From Candidatus Latescibacterota bacterium (GTDB lineage Bacteria > Latescibacterota > UBA2968), in contig OZ242320.1 of assembly GCA_965208125.1 (NCBI GenBank), forward strand, positions 384,001 through 448,000: DNA of 64,000 nucleotides, read 5' to 3'. The notes under the pieces were generated by a model, which did no database searches, had not been told where the DNA came from, and was given only the letters and a program-made list of their open reading frames with translations. Shown piece after piece: positions 50,317-59,531 of the stretch (its first letter is position 1; each line of letters starts with the position of its first letter). Both the position numbers and the translations under genes were made by a program.

Positions 50317-51843
50317 ATGTCTCCGCCAACAACGCCCAAACGCGATTTGCGTTATATTCTTATTTTTTTTTCCTGCTGCATTGCGCTTTTTTGCATCACA
50401 GCGCACGCCCAACCCATCCCCCAGAGCGGAACCCACCTGATCCCACGCAATACCACACCTTATCACCCTGCAACCAAAATATCCTCCTCCACACCTTTCC
50501 GCGTTGGCGATACGCTCACGCTACCCGCATACAGTTTTCAACTCGTTGGCGGCGGAAAATACCACACCACAACAACCTGTCGCTATGTGGGCGACCACTG
50601 TTACATTTTTGTAGAAGACGACATGTGGAACACCCCGCGCGTAACACAAGCGGGCATTGAATCCCTCGCACACGCATTTGATAAATCCACCGCACGTCAT
50701 CCTGACCGCGGCATTTACGAAACTGTCACCGCCCTCTTTGGTGATCCCCCGGATGTCGATGCCGATCCTCGCATACTCATCCTCGTACTCGACGTGCTCG
50801 ACAGTCCAATCACAGGCATCACATTTATCGGTTATATCGATACCGACAACGAATCCCCGCCCGTCTCGCGCGAAATCATTTATATCGACGCTCGGCCCCT
50901 CGACATTAACAGCAACCTCGCACGCGCCACACTCGCCCACGAATTTCAGCACCTGATCCACTGGAAAGCGGATCACGACGAAGCCAAATGGCTCGACGAA
51001 GGGTGCTCAGAATACGCCGAACTCGCCTGTGGATACAGAGATACTACAGCAGCAGCGACCGAAAATTTTCTCTCGCTCGCGGCCAATACAGATCTCACTT
51101 ATTGGGAAGATCAGTTTTTTGATTTTGACCAAGCATATCTCTACATGACGTACTTCGCACAGCGCTATGGCGACAGCGCACTCCGCAAACTCGTCGCAGA
51201 CCCGGACAGCAGCATAGCGAGCATCGACAATATTCTCCAAGCGCTCAACGTGCCCGAACGCTTCGATCACCTCTTTGGGCAATGGGCCGCGGCCATGTAC
51301 CTCGACGGCGAGGGCGACCTCGGCTATCGAGCTATTGACCTGCACCCGGTAAAACGCGAAATCCTCACCATCCCGACCAATAATCTCACGCGACGCGCCA
51401 CGCGCTGGGGCATAGACTATCTCGATCTGGGCGAAACACCCGACCTCGCCTTCACAATTCAATCCACAGGTGACAACGACCTCCTCGTCACACTCATTGC
51501 CGGAGGGAATCAGCCCTTTGCCGCACCGATCCCCATTTCAGCCTCACAGAGCAAACGCATACACACATCGGGCAATGCCATCAGAAGCCTCGCCATCACC
51601 TCCACATCTGGCACAACAATCGGTTACGCCCTCTCTGTATCTGAACTTGCGTCCGGCCCCGCAGCCGCAGACTTTGACGGCGACGGAGAAATCGGCTTCT
51701 CGGACTTCCTCGCCTTTGTCTCGAGCTTTGGCAAAACCGCGGGCGATGTTGGCTTCGACCCCACTTTTGACCTCGACGGCGACCTGAGCGTTACCTTCTC
51801 GGACTTTCTCATTTTTGTCCAAAACTTCGGCACAGACTTTTAG
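50317..51843 (+). CDS. Secreted zinc metallopeptidase (M30-like) with C-terminal dockerin-like domain
   Basis: TLAHEFQHLIH, WLDEGCSE, DFDGDGEIGFSDF..DLDGD; start reset to 50317. Confidence 0.8.
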   Translation: MSPPTTPKRDLRYILIFFSCCIALFCITAHAQPIPQSGTHLIPRNTTPYHPATKISSSTPFRVGDTLTLPAYSFQLVGGGKYHTTTTCRYVGDHCYIFVEDDMWNTPRVTQAGIESLAHAFDKSTARHPDRGIYETVTALFGDPPDVDADPRILILVLDVLDSPITGITFIGYIDTDNESPPVSREIIYIDARPLDINSNLARATLAHEFQHLIHWKADHDEAKWLDEGCSEYAELACGYRDTTAAATENFLSLAANTDLTYWEDQFFDFDQAYLYMTYFAQRYGDSALRKLVADPDSSIASIDNILQALNVPERFDHLFGQWAAAMYLDGEGDLGYRAIDLHPVKREILTIPTNNLTRRATRWGIDYLDLGETPDLAFTIQSTGDNDLLVTLIAGGNQPFAAPIPISASQSKRIHTSGNAIRSLAITSTSGTTIGYALSVSELASGPAAADFDGDGEIGFSDFLAFVSSFGKTAGDVGFDPTFDLDGDLSVTFSDFLIFVQNFGTDF

Positions 51844-51867
51844 CCTAAAAAAACGAAAGGGACTCCC

Positions 51868-53469
51868 ATGCCAATCACTACCCTTATTCACTCAGGCAAA
51901 ATTATCGACGGCACTGGCAACCCCTATTTCTACGGCGATATCGCTCTACAAAACGGCAAGATCTCCACCATCGAACCCCCGGGATCCATCCCCCGCGATG
52001 GCATCGGCGAAATCGTCGATGCATCCGGTCACATCGTCTGCCCCGGCTTCATCGACATACAGAGCCACTCCATTGTCCCACTCATGCGCGATGGTCGATG
52101 CCTCTCCAAAATCACCCAGGGCATCACCACCGAAATCATGGGTGAAGCGTGGACACCAGCACCTGTTGGCTCCAATACCCTCTCGCGATCTCTACCCAAA
52201 AACTGGCGGGCGCGGGCGCGGAACTGGCATCGCTTCGGCAACTGGCTCGACGCCATGATCGAAGCCGGCGTCTCACCCAACGTCGGCTCCTTCCTGGGCG
52301 CAGGCACCCTTCGCTCGCTGGCAATGGGCATGCGGATGGGTGAGCCAACTCCCGATGAAATGAAAACCATGCACCGCGTCATGGCCGAATCCATGGAAGA
52401 CGGCGCCTTCGGTCCTTCCTATGCCCTCATCTACCCACCGGACACATATACCAGCACGGATGAAATCGTCGAAATCTGTAAGACAGTGGCGAAATTCGGC
52501 GGCATCTACATCACCCACATCCGGTCCGAAGCCGACAGACTTCTCGAAGCCCTGGACGAAGCCATCGAAATCGGACAGCGCGCCAACCTCCCGGTCGAAG
52601 TCTATCACCTCAAAGCTGTCCCCGAGCACAACTACCCCAAGATGCACCAGGTCATTGAGCGCATAAATCAGGTACGCACCGAGGGCCTCGACATCACCGC
52701 CGATATGTATCCCTACACCGCCAGCGGCACCGGCCTATCTACTGTCCTGCCCACCTGGGTAGCTGCAGACGGCAAATTCTTCGACAACCTGCGCGACCCC
52801 GACATCCGCGCGAAAATCGTCTCCGAAGTCAGAAACCGCCAGGGCGAGATACCCCGTCGCCCCGACCGAATCGCTCCGGTCGGATTTAAAAAACCCGAAA
52901 ATCAGCAGTACATCGGCAAGCGCCTCTCTGAGATTGCCGAGATGCGCGGCCAAGACTGGGTAGAAGCCACCATCGACCTCCTGCTATCGGAAAACCAGCG
53001 CATCTTTACCATCTACCACACCATATCCGAAGACAATGTCCGTCTCCAACTCCAGCTTCCCTGGATCAAAGTCTCCACAGACGCAGGCGGCGTCGATCCA
53101 GAACGGGTGGCTGCTGAGGGACCGCTCCATCCCCGGTCGTACGGCACCTATCCCCGTGTCCTCGGCCGCTATGTCCGCGACGAAAAACTCATGCCACTCG
53201 AAGAAGCCATCCGCAAAATGACCTCCTCGGTCGCCAACCGCCTCTCACTGTGGGACCGCGGACGACTCCAGCCCGGCTGCTGGGCCGATGTCGTCGTCTT
53301 TGACCCCGACACCGTCGCCGACCGCTCGACATTCGACGACACCCATCAACTCTCTATCGGCATCCGCGACGTCTTCGTCAACGGCATCCGCGTCCTCGAA
53401 AATGGCGAACACACGGGCGCAACCCCTGGAATGTTCGTCAAGGGTCCGGGTGCGCAAGCAGGATCATAG
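51868..53469 (+). CDS. N-acyl-D-amino-acid deacylase (amidohydrolase)
   Basis: IIDGTG, PGFIDIQSHS, HIRSE, HPRSYGTYPR, ADVVVFD. Confidence 0.9.
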   Translation: MPITTLIHSGKIIDGTGNPYFYGDIALQNGKISTIEPPGSIPRDGIGEIVDASGHIVCPGFIDIQSHSIVPLMRDGRCLSKITQGITTEIMGEAWTPAPVGSNTLSRSLPKNWRARARNWHRFGNWLDAMIEAGVSPNVGSFLGAGTLRSLAMGMRMGEPTPDEMKTMHRVMAESMEDGAFGPSYALIYPPDTYTSTDEIVEICKTVAKFGGIYITHIRSEADRLLEALDEAIEIGQRANLPVEVYHLKAVPEHNYPKMHQVIERINQVRTEGLDITADMYPYTASGTGLSTVLPTWVAADGKFFDNLRDPDIRAKIVSEVRNRQGEIPRRPDRIAPVGFKKPENQQYIGKRLSEIAEMRGQDWVEATIDLLLSENQRIFTIYHTISEDNVRLQLQLPWIKVSTDAGGVDPERVAAEGPLHPRSYGTYPRVLGRYVRDEKLMPLEEAIRKMTSSVANRLSLWDRGRLQPGCWADVVVFDPDTVADRSTFDDTHQLSIGIRDVFVNGIRVLENGEHTGATPGMFVKGPGAQAGS

Positions 53470-53807
53470 CTCACTTAACCCTTGAGAGAAAACTAATGAC
53501 CGAAACTAAAAATACAGATCTGTTACAGCGCAATTTCATCGACATGCTCAAGGCGACGGGTAGATTGTACCCTACGAGACAATCGTGCTCGCCGTCAGAG
53601 CTAAGAAAATCTTCTAATTCTTCGGTGCGAAGTACTGGAATCTTCATTTCTGTTACATCCATATTCAAATTGAAGTATTCTTCCACGGTCATCCACCATT
53701 TTATATACTCGCACTGAAAAGACTCATGTGGTCAATGGGTGAGGCCACGTATTCGCTCGCCCTTGAAGTGGCTGCACATATTTATGATCATTGGATAAGG
53801 GATTGAG

Positions 53808-55427
53808 ATGGGGAGACTTGCTGTTTTGTTGGCAATTATTCTATTCGCGGGCGGATCCGTGCATGCACAAGTTCCGCCCATTTTTACGCCCGGAACAGAA
53901 CTTCACGATATTTATTGTCGCGCATGTGCCCATTTTTTTCCTGAGACTCTGCCTGCTGACAGCGAGTTTCGGCTGGATAGAGCTATCTGTGGGACATCGG
54001 CAATAAGAGGTCTGACTGCGAATTGGGATCGTTTGCCTCCCGCTGCAAAGGAGGCATTTGCGTTTCTTCAGCAGCGTCCTATTCTGAGTCATTCAATTCT
54101 GTCTTCAGGGGGGCATTTCAAGATTCACTACAATACGACGGGGACGCACGCCGTTGCTCCAACAGACGCAGATGGCAATGGCGTTCCGGATTATGTCGAT
54201 GAGGCTGCGCGGGTTTTTGAGTCGGTTTGGGATTTGGAGATCAATCAATTGGGGTACAATCCCCCTCCATCTGATGGCGATGGTGTTTACGACATTTATA
54301 TCAAAAATCTTGCCATTCAGTCGGTTTATGGTTTTACATATCCGATTGCATATCCGGAATCGAGAACGTCGAGTTATATGGAAATTGACAATAATTTTAC
54401 GGATAATATTTATCCTGTAAATTCACGTGGATTCAACGGATTGCGCGTGACGGCTGCCCACGAGTTTTTTCACGCGATTCAATTTGGGTATTATGCCGAT
54501 TTTGGTGCCGCCTGGTGGCAAGAGCTCACGGCGACCTGGATGGAGGATGTGGCCTATCCCGACGTAAATGATTTTTACCAATACATGAGTTGTGCGAGCA
54601 ACCATTCGTGTTTTTACGACGATCCCGAAGCCTCATTGGATACAAGCCCTTTGACCAGTCCTCATCCTTTCGGTGCTTCGATTTTTGCCCATCACTTGGA
54701 GCAGGTTTACGGGGTGGATGAGATTAAAAGCGTTTGGGAGTTGCTCAAAAGACGCGATCCGAGCACATATAGTTTGTCGCTTATTGATGATGGGATGCCC
54801 CTGAGCGGATTTGCCCAGGTGATGCCGCGGTTTGCCGCGTGGAATTATTTAACTGATATGCGTGCGCGTCCCGGGTATTATGTTGAGGCGCACGATTTGC
54901 CTTCGATAAAGCATGCCAATATATTCCTCGGCACGGGGAGCTCTTTTGAAGGGTCTGAAACGGTAGATCATTTGGGGACGACATACTTGCGCGTGGCAAC
55001 TTTGAATATCGCTGGCGGACTTCGGGGGGTGTTTTCACTGGACGACCAGGGACAGTGGAAGTTGCTGGTTATGCTGATTTCTCCGTCAGGTGTTGAGCTA
55101 TTGTACCCGCGGGGGACAACGGTGGTTATTCCCAGAGCCAATCGTTTTGACGAGGTTGTATTTATCGTGATGGAGACATCGCTTTCGGGAGAAAGACGGC
55201 GTGTGGATTACACGCTATCAACTGGCGGAAGTATGGCGACAGATCTCGTGTGCGATGTCGATGGCGATGGGCGCGTTGCATTTTCCGATTTTCTACGCTT
55301 TGGGAATGGTTTTAAGCTTTTGCACACGGATGATAAGTACGATCCAAAATTGGATTTCAATGGTGATGGTCCTGTTGATTTTCTGGATTTTCTCATTTTT
55401 GTTTCCCATTTTGGTGAATCGCGTTAA
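53808..55427 (+). CDS. MXAN_6640-like secreted metalloprotease with C-terminal dockerin-like domain
   Basis: FKIHY, DADGNGVPDYV, AAHEFFHAIQ, WWQELTATWME, DVDGDG..DFNGDG. Confidence 0.8.
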   Translation: MGRLAVLLAIILFAGGSVHAQVPPIFTPGTELHDIYCRACAHFFPETLPADSEFRLDRAICGTSAIRGLTANWDRLPPAAKEAFAFLQQRPILSHSILSSGGHFKIHYNTTGTHAVAPTDADGNGVPDYVDEAARVFESVWDLEINQLGYNPPPSDGDGVYDIYIKNLAIQSVYGFTYPIAYPESRTSSYMEIDNNFTDNIYPVNSRGFNGLRVTAAHEFFHAIQFGYYADFGAAWWQELTATWMEDVAYPDVNDFYQYMSCASNHSCFYDDPEASLDTSPLTSPHPFGASIFAHHLEQVYGVDEIKSVWELLKRRDPSTYSLSLIDDGMPLSGFAQVMPRFAAWNYLTDMRARPGYYVEAHDLPSIKHANIFLGTGSSFEGSETVDHLGTTYLRVATLNIAGGLRGVFSLDDQGQWKLLVMLISPSGVELLYPRGTTVVIPRANRFDEVVFIVMETSLSGERRRVDYTLSTGGSMATDLVCDVDGDGRVAFSDFLRFGNGFKLLHTDDKYDPKLDFNGDGPVDFLDFLIFVSHFGESR

Positions 55428-55604
55428 GCGGAGTAACTCCATGCTTGACGCACAGCATGTTTGATTCACGGATCTGTCGCCCAAAAATTGAATCAGTTTG
55501 CAGGCTAATTTGCGCTATGCCACAGCCTTTATACCGGTTCTACCATTGGGGCGTATTTCATTTATTTTTAGCCTAAAATGACACGGACGCAGACAGACCA
55601 AAAC

Positions 55605-56522
55605 CTATGTAATCACACCGCGCTTGCGAAGCACATCATCCACCTCATCATCGCCCGTTGTTTTGTCGGCAAAGTTGAACTCCGATCCCGCATTGAGCAG
55701 CAACTCAATCACCCCAGCGTAATCGGCATCTGGAACGGGATGATTTGCCAAAAAGTACATCGTTGAACCAAGAGCTGTACCACCAAAGTCATTTTTCAGC
55801 TCAACAGAAGCTCCGCACCCCAGAAGCATCTCGACCGCATCTCTGCGGCCGCGTTGTGATGCCAGCATCAACCCCGTATTATTTGCCCCGCCTTTTACAT
55901 CGATATCCACACCGCGTTTGAGAAGACATTTCGCCACCTCAGTGTGGCCATACTTGCAAGCAGACCAGAATACCTCTTCCAACTCCCTGCGGGATATATC
56001 TCCCTCATCAATGAATCTCTCGACCAATTCAAGCTCCCCCAAACCAGCGGCGACTTCGACATTCATGATCTTTGCACCGCATTCAAGAAGAGCCTGAACC
56101 GACTCGGGATACTCAGAACTAAGCGCGAGCCTTAGTGGTTCACCATCTCCCTTTAACCCATCTACCCTCGCTCCCGAATTGACGAATACACTCACAAGCT
56201 CAGCGGCGACACCCGATTTATGTGGGTGAAAACTGGTCACCAGTGAAACAAGAGGTGTAGTCCCCGATCCTCCATCCAGAAACGTAGCATCTATCTCAGC
56301 ACCAGCATCAATAAGCACATTTGCAACATCGACTGCGTTAGTCGGTGTCCTCTGCCGTTCATCTTCCACGCCATTTGCCGCCACATAGTGAATCAACATC
56401 GCCCTATGCGCTCTGGAGGACCGCATGCGAATCAAATCAGGCTCTCTTTTGAGCAGTAGTTTAAGCGTCTCCGTATCACCGGAAATCACGGCATCAACTG
56501 CTTCCTCAAATTTCTCAGTCAT
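55605..56522 (-). CDS. Ankyrin-repeat protein
   Basis: YGHTEVAKCLLKRGVDID, TGLMLASQRG, GGTAL. Confidence 0.88.
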   Translation of the reverse strand: MTEKFEEAVDAVISGDTETLKLLLKREPDLIRMRSSRAHRAMLIHYVAANGVEDERQRTPTNAVDVANVLIDAGAEIDATFLDGGSGTTPLVSLVTSFHPHKSGVAAELVSVFVNSGARVDGLKGDGEPLRLALSSEYPESVQALLECGAKIMNVEVAAGLGELELVERFIDEGDISRRELEEVFWSACKYGHTEVAKCLLKRGVDIDVKGGANNTGLMLASQRGRRDAVEMLLGCGASVELKNDFGGTALGSTMYFLANHPVPDADYAGVIELLLNAGSEFNFADKTTGDDEVDDVLRKRGVIT

Positions 56523-56525
56523 CTT

Positions 56526-57200
56526 TCACACCCCCTCATCCCTCACCACTTCCCCATCGAGCAGATGCACAATGCGTTTGCTATAGCCCGCCCACTTTTC
56601 CGAATGCGTCACCTGCACAATCGTTGTCCCTTCCTCGTGCAACCCGGTGAACAAATCCATCACATGTTCGCCCTGCGTCGAATTTAAATTCCCCGTGGGT
56701 TCATCTGCCAGAATCACACGCGGCTTGATCACCACGGCGCGCGCAACGCCCACGCGCTGTTGTTCGCCGCCAGACAACTGGTGGGGAAACAAATCCTTCT
56801 TTTCCACCAGATCAAACTCATTCAGCATCGCATTCACCATCTCCTCGCGTTCATCGTTCTTCACCTTCTTGTATAACAAAGGCGTCTCGATATTTCCGTA
56901 CACGGTCAACTCGTCAATCAAATGATAGCTCTGAAACACAAAACCGATATTGTTCTTGTGACAATCCGACCGCTCGCGCTCGCGCATCTTATGCACGGCA
57001 TCGCCATCAAACAAATATTCCCCTCTATTCGACGAGTCCAGCATCCCCATAATGTGCAACAACGTAGATTTGCCCGAACCGGAAGGCCCCATAATAGATA
57101 CAAACTCCCCGGACGCGACCTCCAGATCAATCCCCTGCAACACAACCGTCCGAATAAAACGCGACGAATACCACTTTTGAATGCCCGACATCTGAATCAT
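56526..57200 (-). CDS. ABC transporter ATP-binding protein (MacB/LolD-like)
   Basis: GPSGSGKST, LSGGEQQR, ADEPTGNL; RBS AAGGAGG. Confidence 0.93.
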   Translation of the reverse strand: MIQMSGIQKWYSSRFIRTVVLQGIDLEVASGEFVSIMGPSGSGKSTLLHIMGMLDSSNRGEYLFDGDAVHKMRERERSDCHKNNIGFVFQSYHLIDELTVYGNIETPLLYKKVKNDEREEMVNAMLNEFDLVEKKDLFPHQLSGGEQQRVGVARAVVIKPRVILADEPTGNLNSTQGEHVMDLFTGLHEEGTTIVQVTHSEKWAGYSKRIVHLLDGEVVRDEGV

Positions 57201-57259
57201 CTCACACCTCCTTTATAAACTAATTTTGAACGACGGATCAAATTGTAACTCCCATCCTA

Positions 57260-57276
57260 TGCAATATCCGTGCCAA
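57260..57276 (-). promoter_or_regulatory. Sigma54 (-24/-12) promoter
   Basis: Minus strand TTGGCACGGATATTGCA matches YTGGCACG-N4-TTGCW. Confidence 0.85.
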
Positions 57277-57339
57277 AATATTTATCTCATTATTTTTCAA
57301 TCTTTTATCACAAAACAGCTAAATCGCACTGCGATACAA

Positions 57340-57378
57340 GTGTCCGATATTGATACACAGGTGTCCGAAAATGAACAC
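57340..57378. promoter_or_regulatory. Tandem upstream activator sites for a sigma54 enhancer-binding protein
   Basis: GTGTCCGATATTGATACAC and GTGTCCGAAAATGAACAC: imperfect palindromes 21 bp apart, separated from the promoter by an AT-rich spacer. Confidence 0.65.
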
Positions 57379-57388
57379 TTAAAACCAA

Positions 57389-58264
57389 CTATACCTTCAC
57401 CTTCAACGCACCCGGAACAACCTCAATCTTTGCGGGAACTTCACACATCGGTTCTCCATCCGCAAAAATCCACAGGGGATCATCGGATTCAATCTGCAAA
57501 GTTCTCGTCTGCACAATACGCACAGCAGAATGACCAACATGTGCGCCGGAATACGCGCGCAAAAACATCCGCAGAACCGTCCAGCGCGAAACATCTGCCA
57601 CAATGCACACATCCAGCACCCCATCATCAACAATGGCATCAGGTACAATTTTGACCCCACTCCCATAAAAAGGCGCATTCGCCGTTGCCGCCAGCAAAAT
57701 ACGCCCTTCAAAAACACCAAAATCTCCTCTCAGACGCACAAAAGGAGACCGATATCCAGATAGCGTTCGCAAAACCGCCAGACAATAGGACGCAGTCCCA
57801 CCCAATCTCGAAGGTCGAGACCGCGCCCTTTGCGCCACCACGGTATCGAAACCCAAACTCGCAACAGTCGCAAAAAATCGGTCACCCACTTTCCCCAGAT
57901 CAATCGCGCGCTTCACCCCATGCACCAGCGTATTGACCCCATTCTTCACATCTCTGGACAAACCCAATGCCCGCGCCAGATCATTCCCCCGACCACAGGG
58001 CACAACCCCCAAAACCGCGTCTGAATTTGCAAGCCCATTGACCACCTCATGCACTGTCCCATCCCCCCCACACGCAGCCACCTGTCGTGCCCCACGCGCC
58101 AACGCTTCCCGCGCTAACCGCTCGCAATCGCCCGGTGCTTCAGACATCATCAAATCGGTATCTACACCGCGCTCGCGCAACAAATCCGCAACCCGCTCAC
58201 CTGTGCGCCTTGCACGACCGCGTCCCGAAACGGGATTCGCAATAATTGTCCAGTGATTTGACAT
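57389..58264 (-). CDS. Diacylglycerol/lipid kinase (YegS/BmrU family)
   Basis: NPVSG, GGDGTVHEVVNG, GRGND, DDGVLD, ADGE. Confidence 0.9.
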   Translation of the reverse strand: MSNHWTIIANPVSGRGRARRTGERVADLLRERGVDTDLMMSEAPGDCERLAREALARGARQVAACGGDGTVHEVVNGLANSDAVLGVVPCGRGNDLARALGLSRDVKNGVNTLVHGVKRAIDLGKVGDRFFATVASLGFDTVVAQRARSRPSRLGGTASYCLAVLRTLSGYRSPFVRLRGDFGVFEGRILLAATANAPFYGSGVKIVPDAIVDDGVLDVCIVADVSRWTVLRMFLRAYSGAHVGHSAVRIVQTRTLQIESDDPLWIFADGEPMCEVPAKIEVVPGALKVKV

Positions 58265-58279
58265 AAGATTAAAAAGAAA

Positions 58280-58440
58280 ACTCACCTCGCATTGAGATGA
58301 GTAGAGTCGAATCCGAAGCAGGCGGGAACGATTCTATTGAGCTTAGGGGGTAACTTAGGGGGTGACTTAAGGGGTAGCTTGGATGGTAACTTGGATGGTA
58401 ATTGCCAACCGGGCATCCGCCTCAGATCGCACTTCTGGGT
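58280..58440 (-). pseudogene. Degraded fragment of a TPQV-repeat / HTH-type (Fic or ATP-binding regulator) C-terminus
   Basis: Minus strand reads TIQVTIQATP*VTP*VTP*A, followed by LLISMRGEFS in another frame; boundaries approximate. Confidence 0.45.
58342..58401. repeat. Five tandem 12-bp repeats
   Basis: CTTAGGGGGTAA CTTAGGGGGTGA CTTAAGGGGTAG CTTGGATGGTAA CTTGGATGGTAA. Confidence 0.9.
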
Positions 58441-58475
58441 TTGGATGCAGGTCAGAAGACGTCACATTCTCTCCG

Positions 58476-59531
58476 TTAAATCCCGAACCTCTGTTTCAAT
58501 CTTTGAATCCGATTAAAAGATTCGCAAATGCGATCTTCTTCGACAACGCCATCTGCTACCGCCTGCACAATGGCATTTTTAACATCGTACACCTGATCAA
58601 TATTGTATTCCCCAATCTGGTTGGCGAGCAAAATCATATCAACACCTGCTTTTACGGCTTCAACAACCGCCTCTGTCAACCCATACGCCTCGACAATCGC
58701 CCCCATTTGCATATCGTCAGAAATAACGACCCCATCAAAACCCAGCTCATTCCTCAGCAGTTTCGTCATAATATCATGCGACAAAGTTGCCGGTCTTCCG
58801 CTCTTATCGAGCTTCCAATTCACAATATGCGCGGTAAGAATCGGATCATCATAGCCTTTCTGGATAAATTTTTGATACGGCAAAAGCTCTTTCGCACGTC
58901 GGTATGTCTGTGTGACATCGGTAACACCCAGATGCGTATCGCCCGCCGCGCTTCCATGTCCTGGAAAATGTTTCAGCGCCGGTATCACCTGCTGTTCTCG
59001 ATGCGCCTTAATAAACGCATTTGCATGTGCCACCACAGTCCTCGGGACATCGCTAAATGACCGTTCTATCGCGCCAACAGCCGGACTTTGGGGATCTATA
59101 TTCACATCGACAACCGGAGCAAAATTCCAGTTAATCCCCATATCTTTCAATTCGCACGCAAGTGCTTCTGCTACTTTTTTCGTCTTACCCGGAGACTGTC
59201 TGCCGAGTTCTTGAGCAGAAGGCACAGAAACCGAAAATCCATACTCCTCTTTTAGCCGATTGACATACCCACCTTCTACATCAACAGCGATAAAATAGGG
59301 CGCTATGTCCTGAAGCACCGAGGTCAAAGCGCGCAGTTGCCGCGGAGACGTAATATTCCGCACCATCTCACCTTTGCTCGGCAAATCATAATCAAAAAGC
59401 ACAACCCCACCGGGTTGAATATCCCGCAATAGCGCAGCAATATCCCCATATAGAACATCACCGCGAAAACCGATCATCAACATCTGTCCCACGGCTTCCT
59501 CTATGGAAGTTCCAAGATCATCGGGCGTCAC
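58476..59531 (-). CDS. GH3 beta-N-acetylhexosaminidase-like (N-terminal domain only)
   Basis: DVEGGYVNR, FAPVVD, KHFPGHG..DTH, ISDDMQM; probable GTG start overlapping the SDR stop. Confidence 0.88.
   Translation of the reverse strand: MTPDDLGTSIEEAVGQMLMIGFRGDVLYGDIAALLRDIQPGGVVLFDYDLPSKGEMVRNITSPRQLRALTSVLQDIAPYFIAVDVEGGYVNRLKEEYGFSVSVPSAQELGRQSPGKTKKVAEALACELKDMGINWNFAPVVDVNIDPQSPAVGAIERSFSDVPRTVVAHANAFIKAHREQQVIPALKHFPGHGSAAGDTHLGVTDVTQTYRRAKELLPYQKFIQKGYDDPILTAHIVNWKLDKSGRPATLSHDIMTKLLRNELGFDGVVISDDMQMGAIVEAYGLTEAVVEAVKAGVDMILLANQIGEYNIDQVYDVKNAIVQAVADGVVEEDRICESFNRIQRLKQRFGI

Noticed and set aside
53471-53717. Two overlapping 73-aa ORFs on opposite strands
   Set aside because: No recognisable family or clear RBS; not called as genes.
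58342-58401. Possible CRISPR array
   Set aside because: Contiguous 12-bp units without spacers, and no cas genes.
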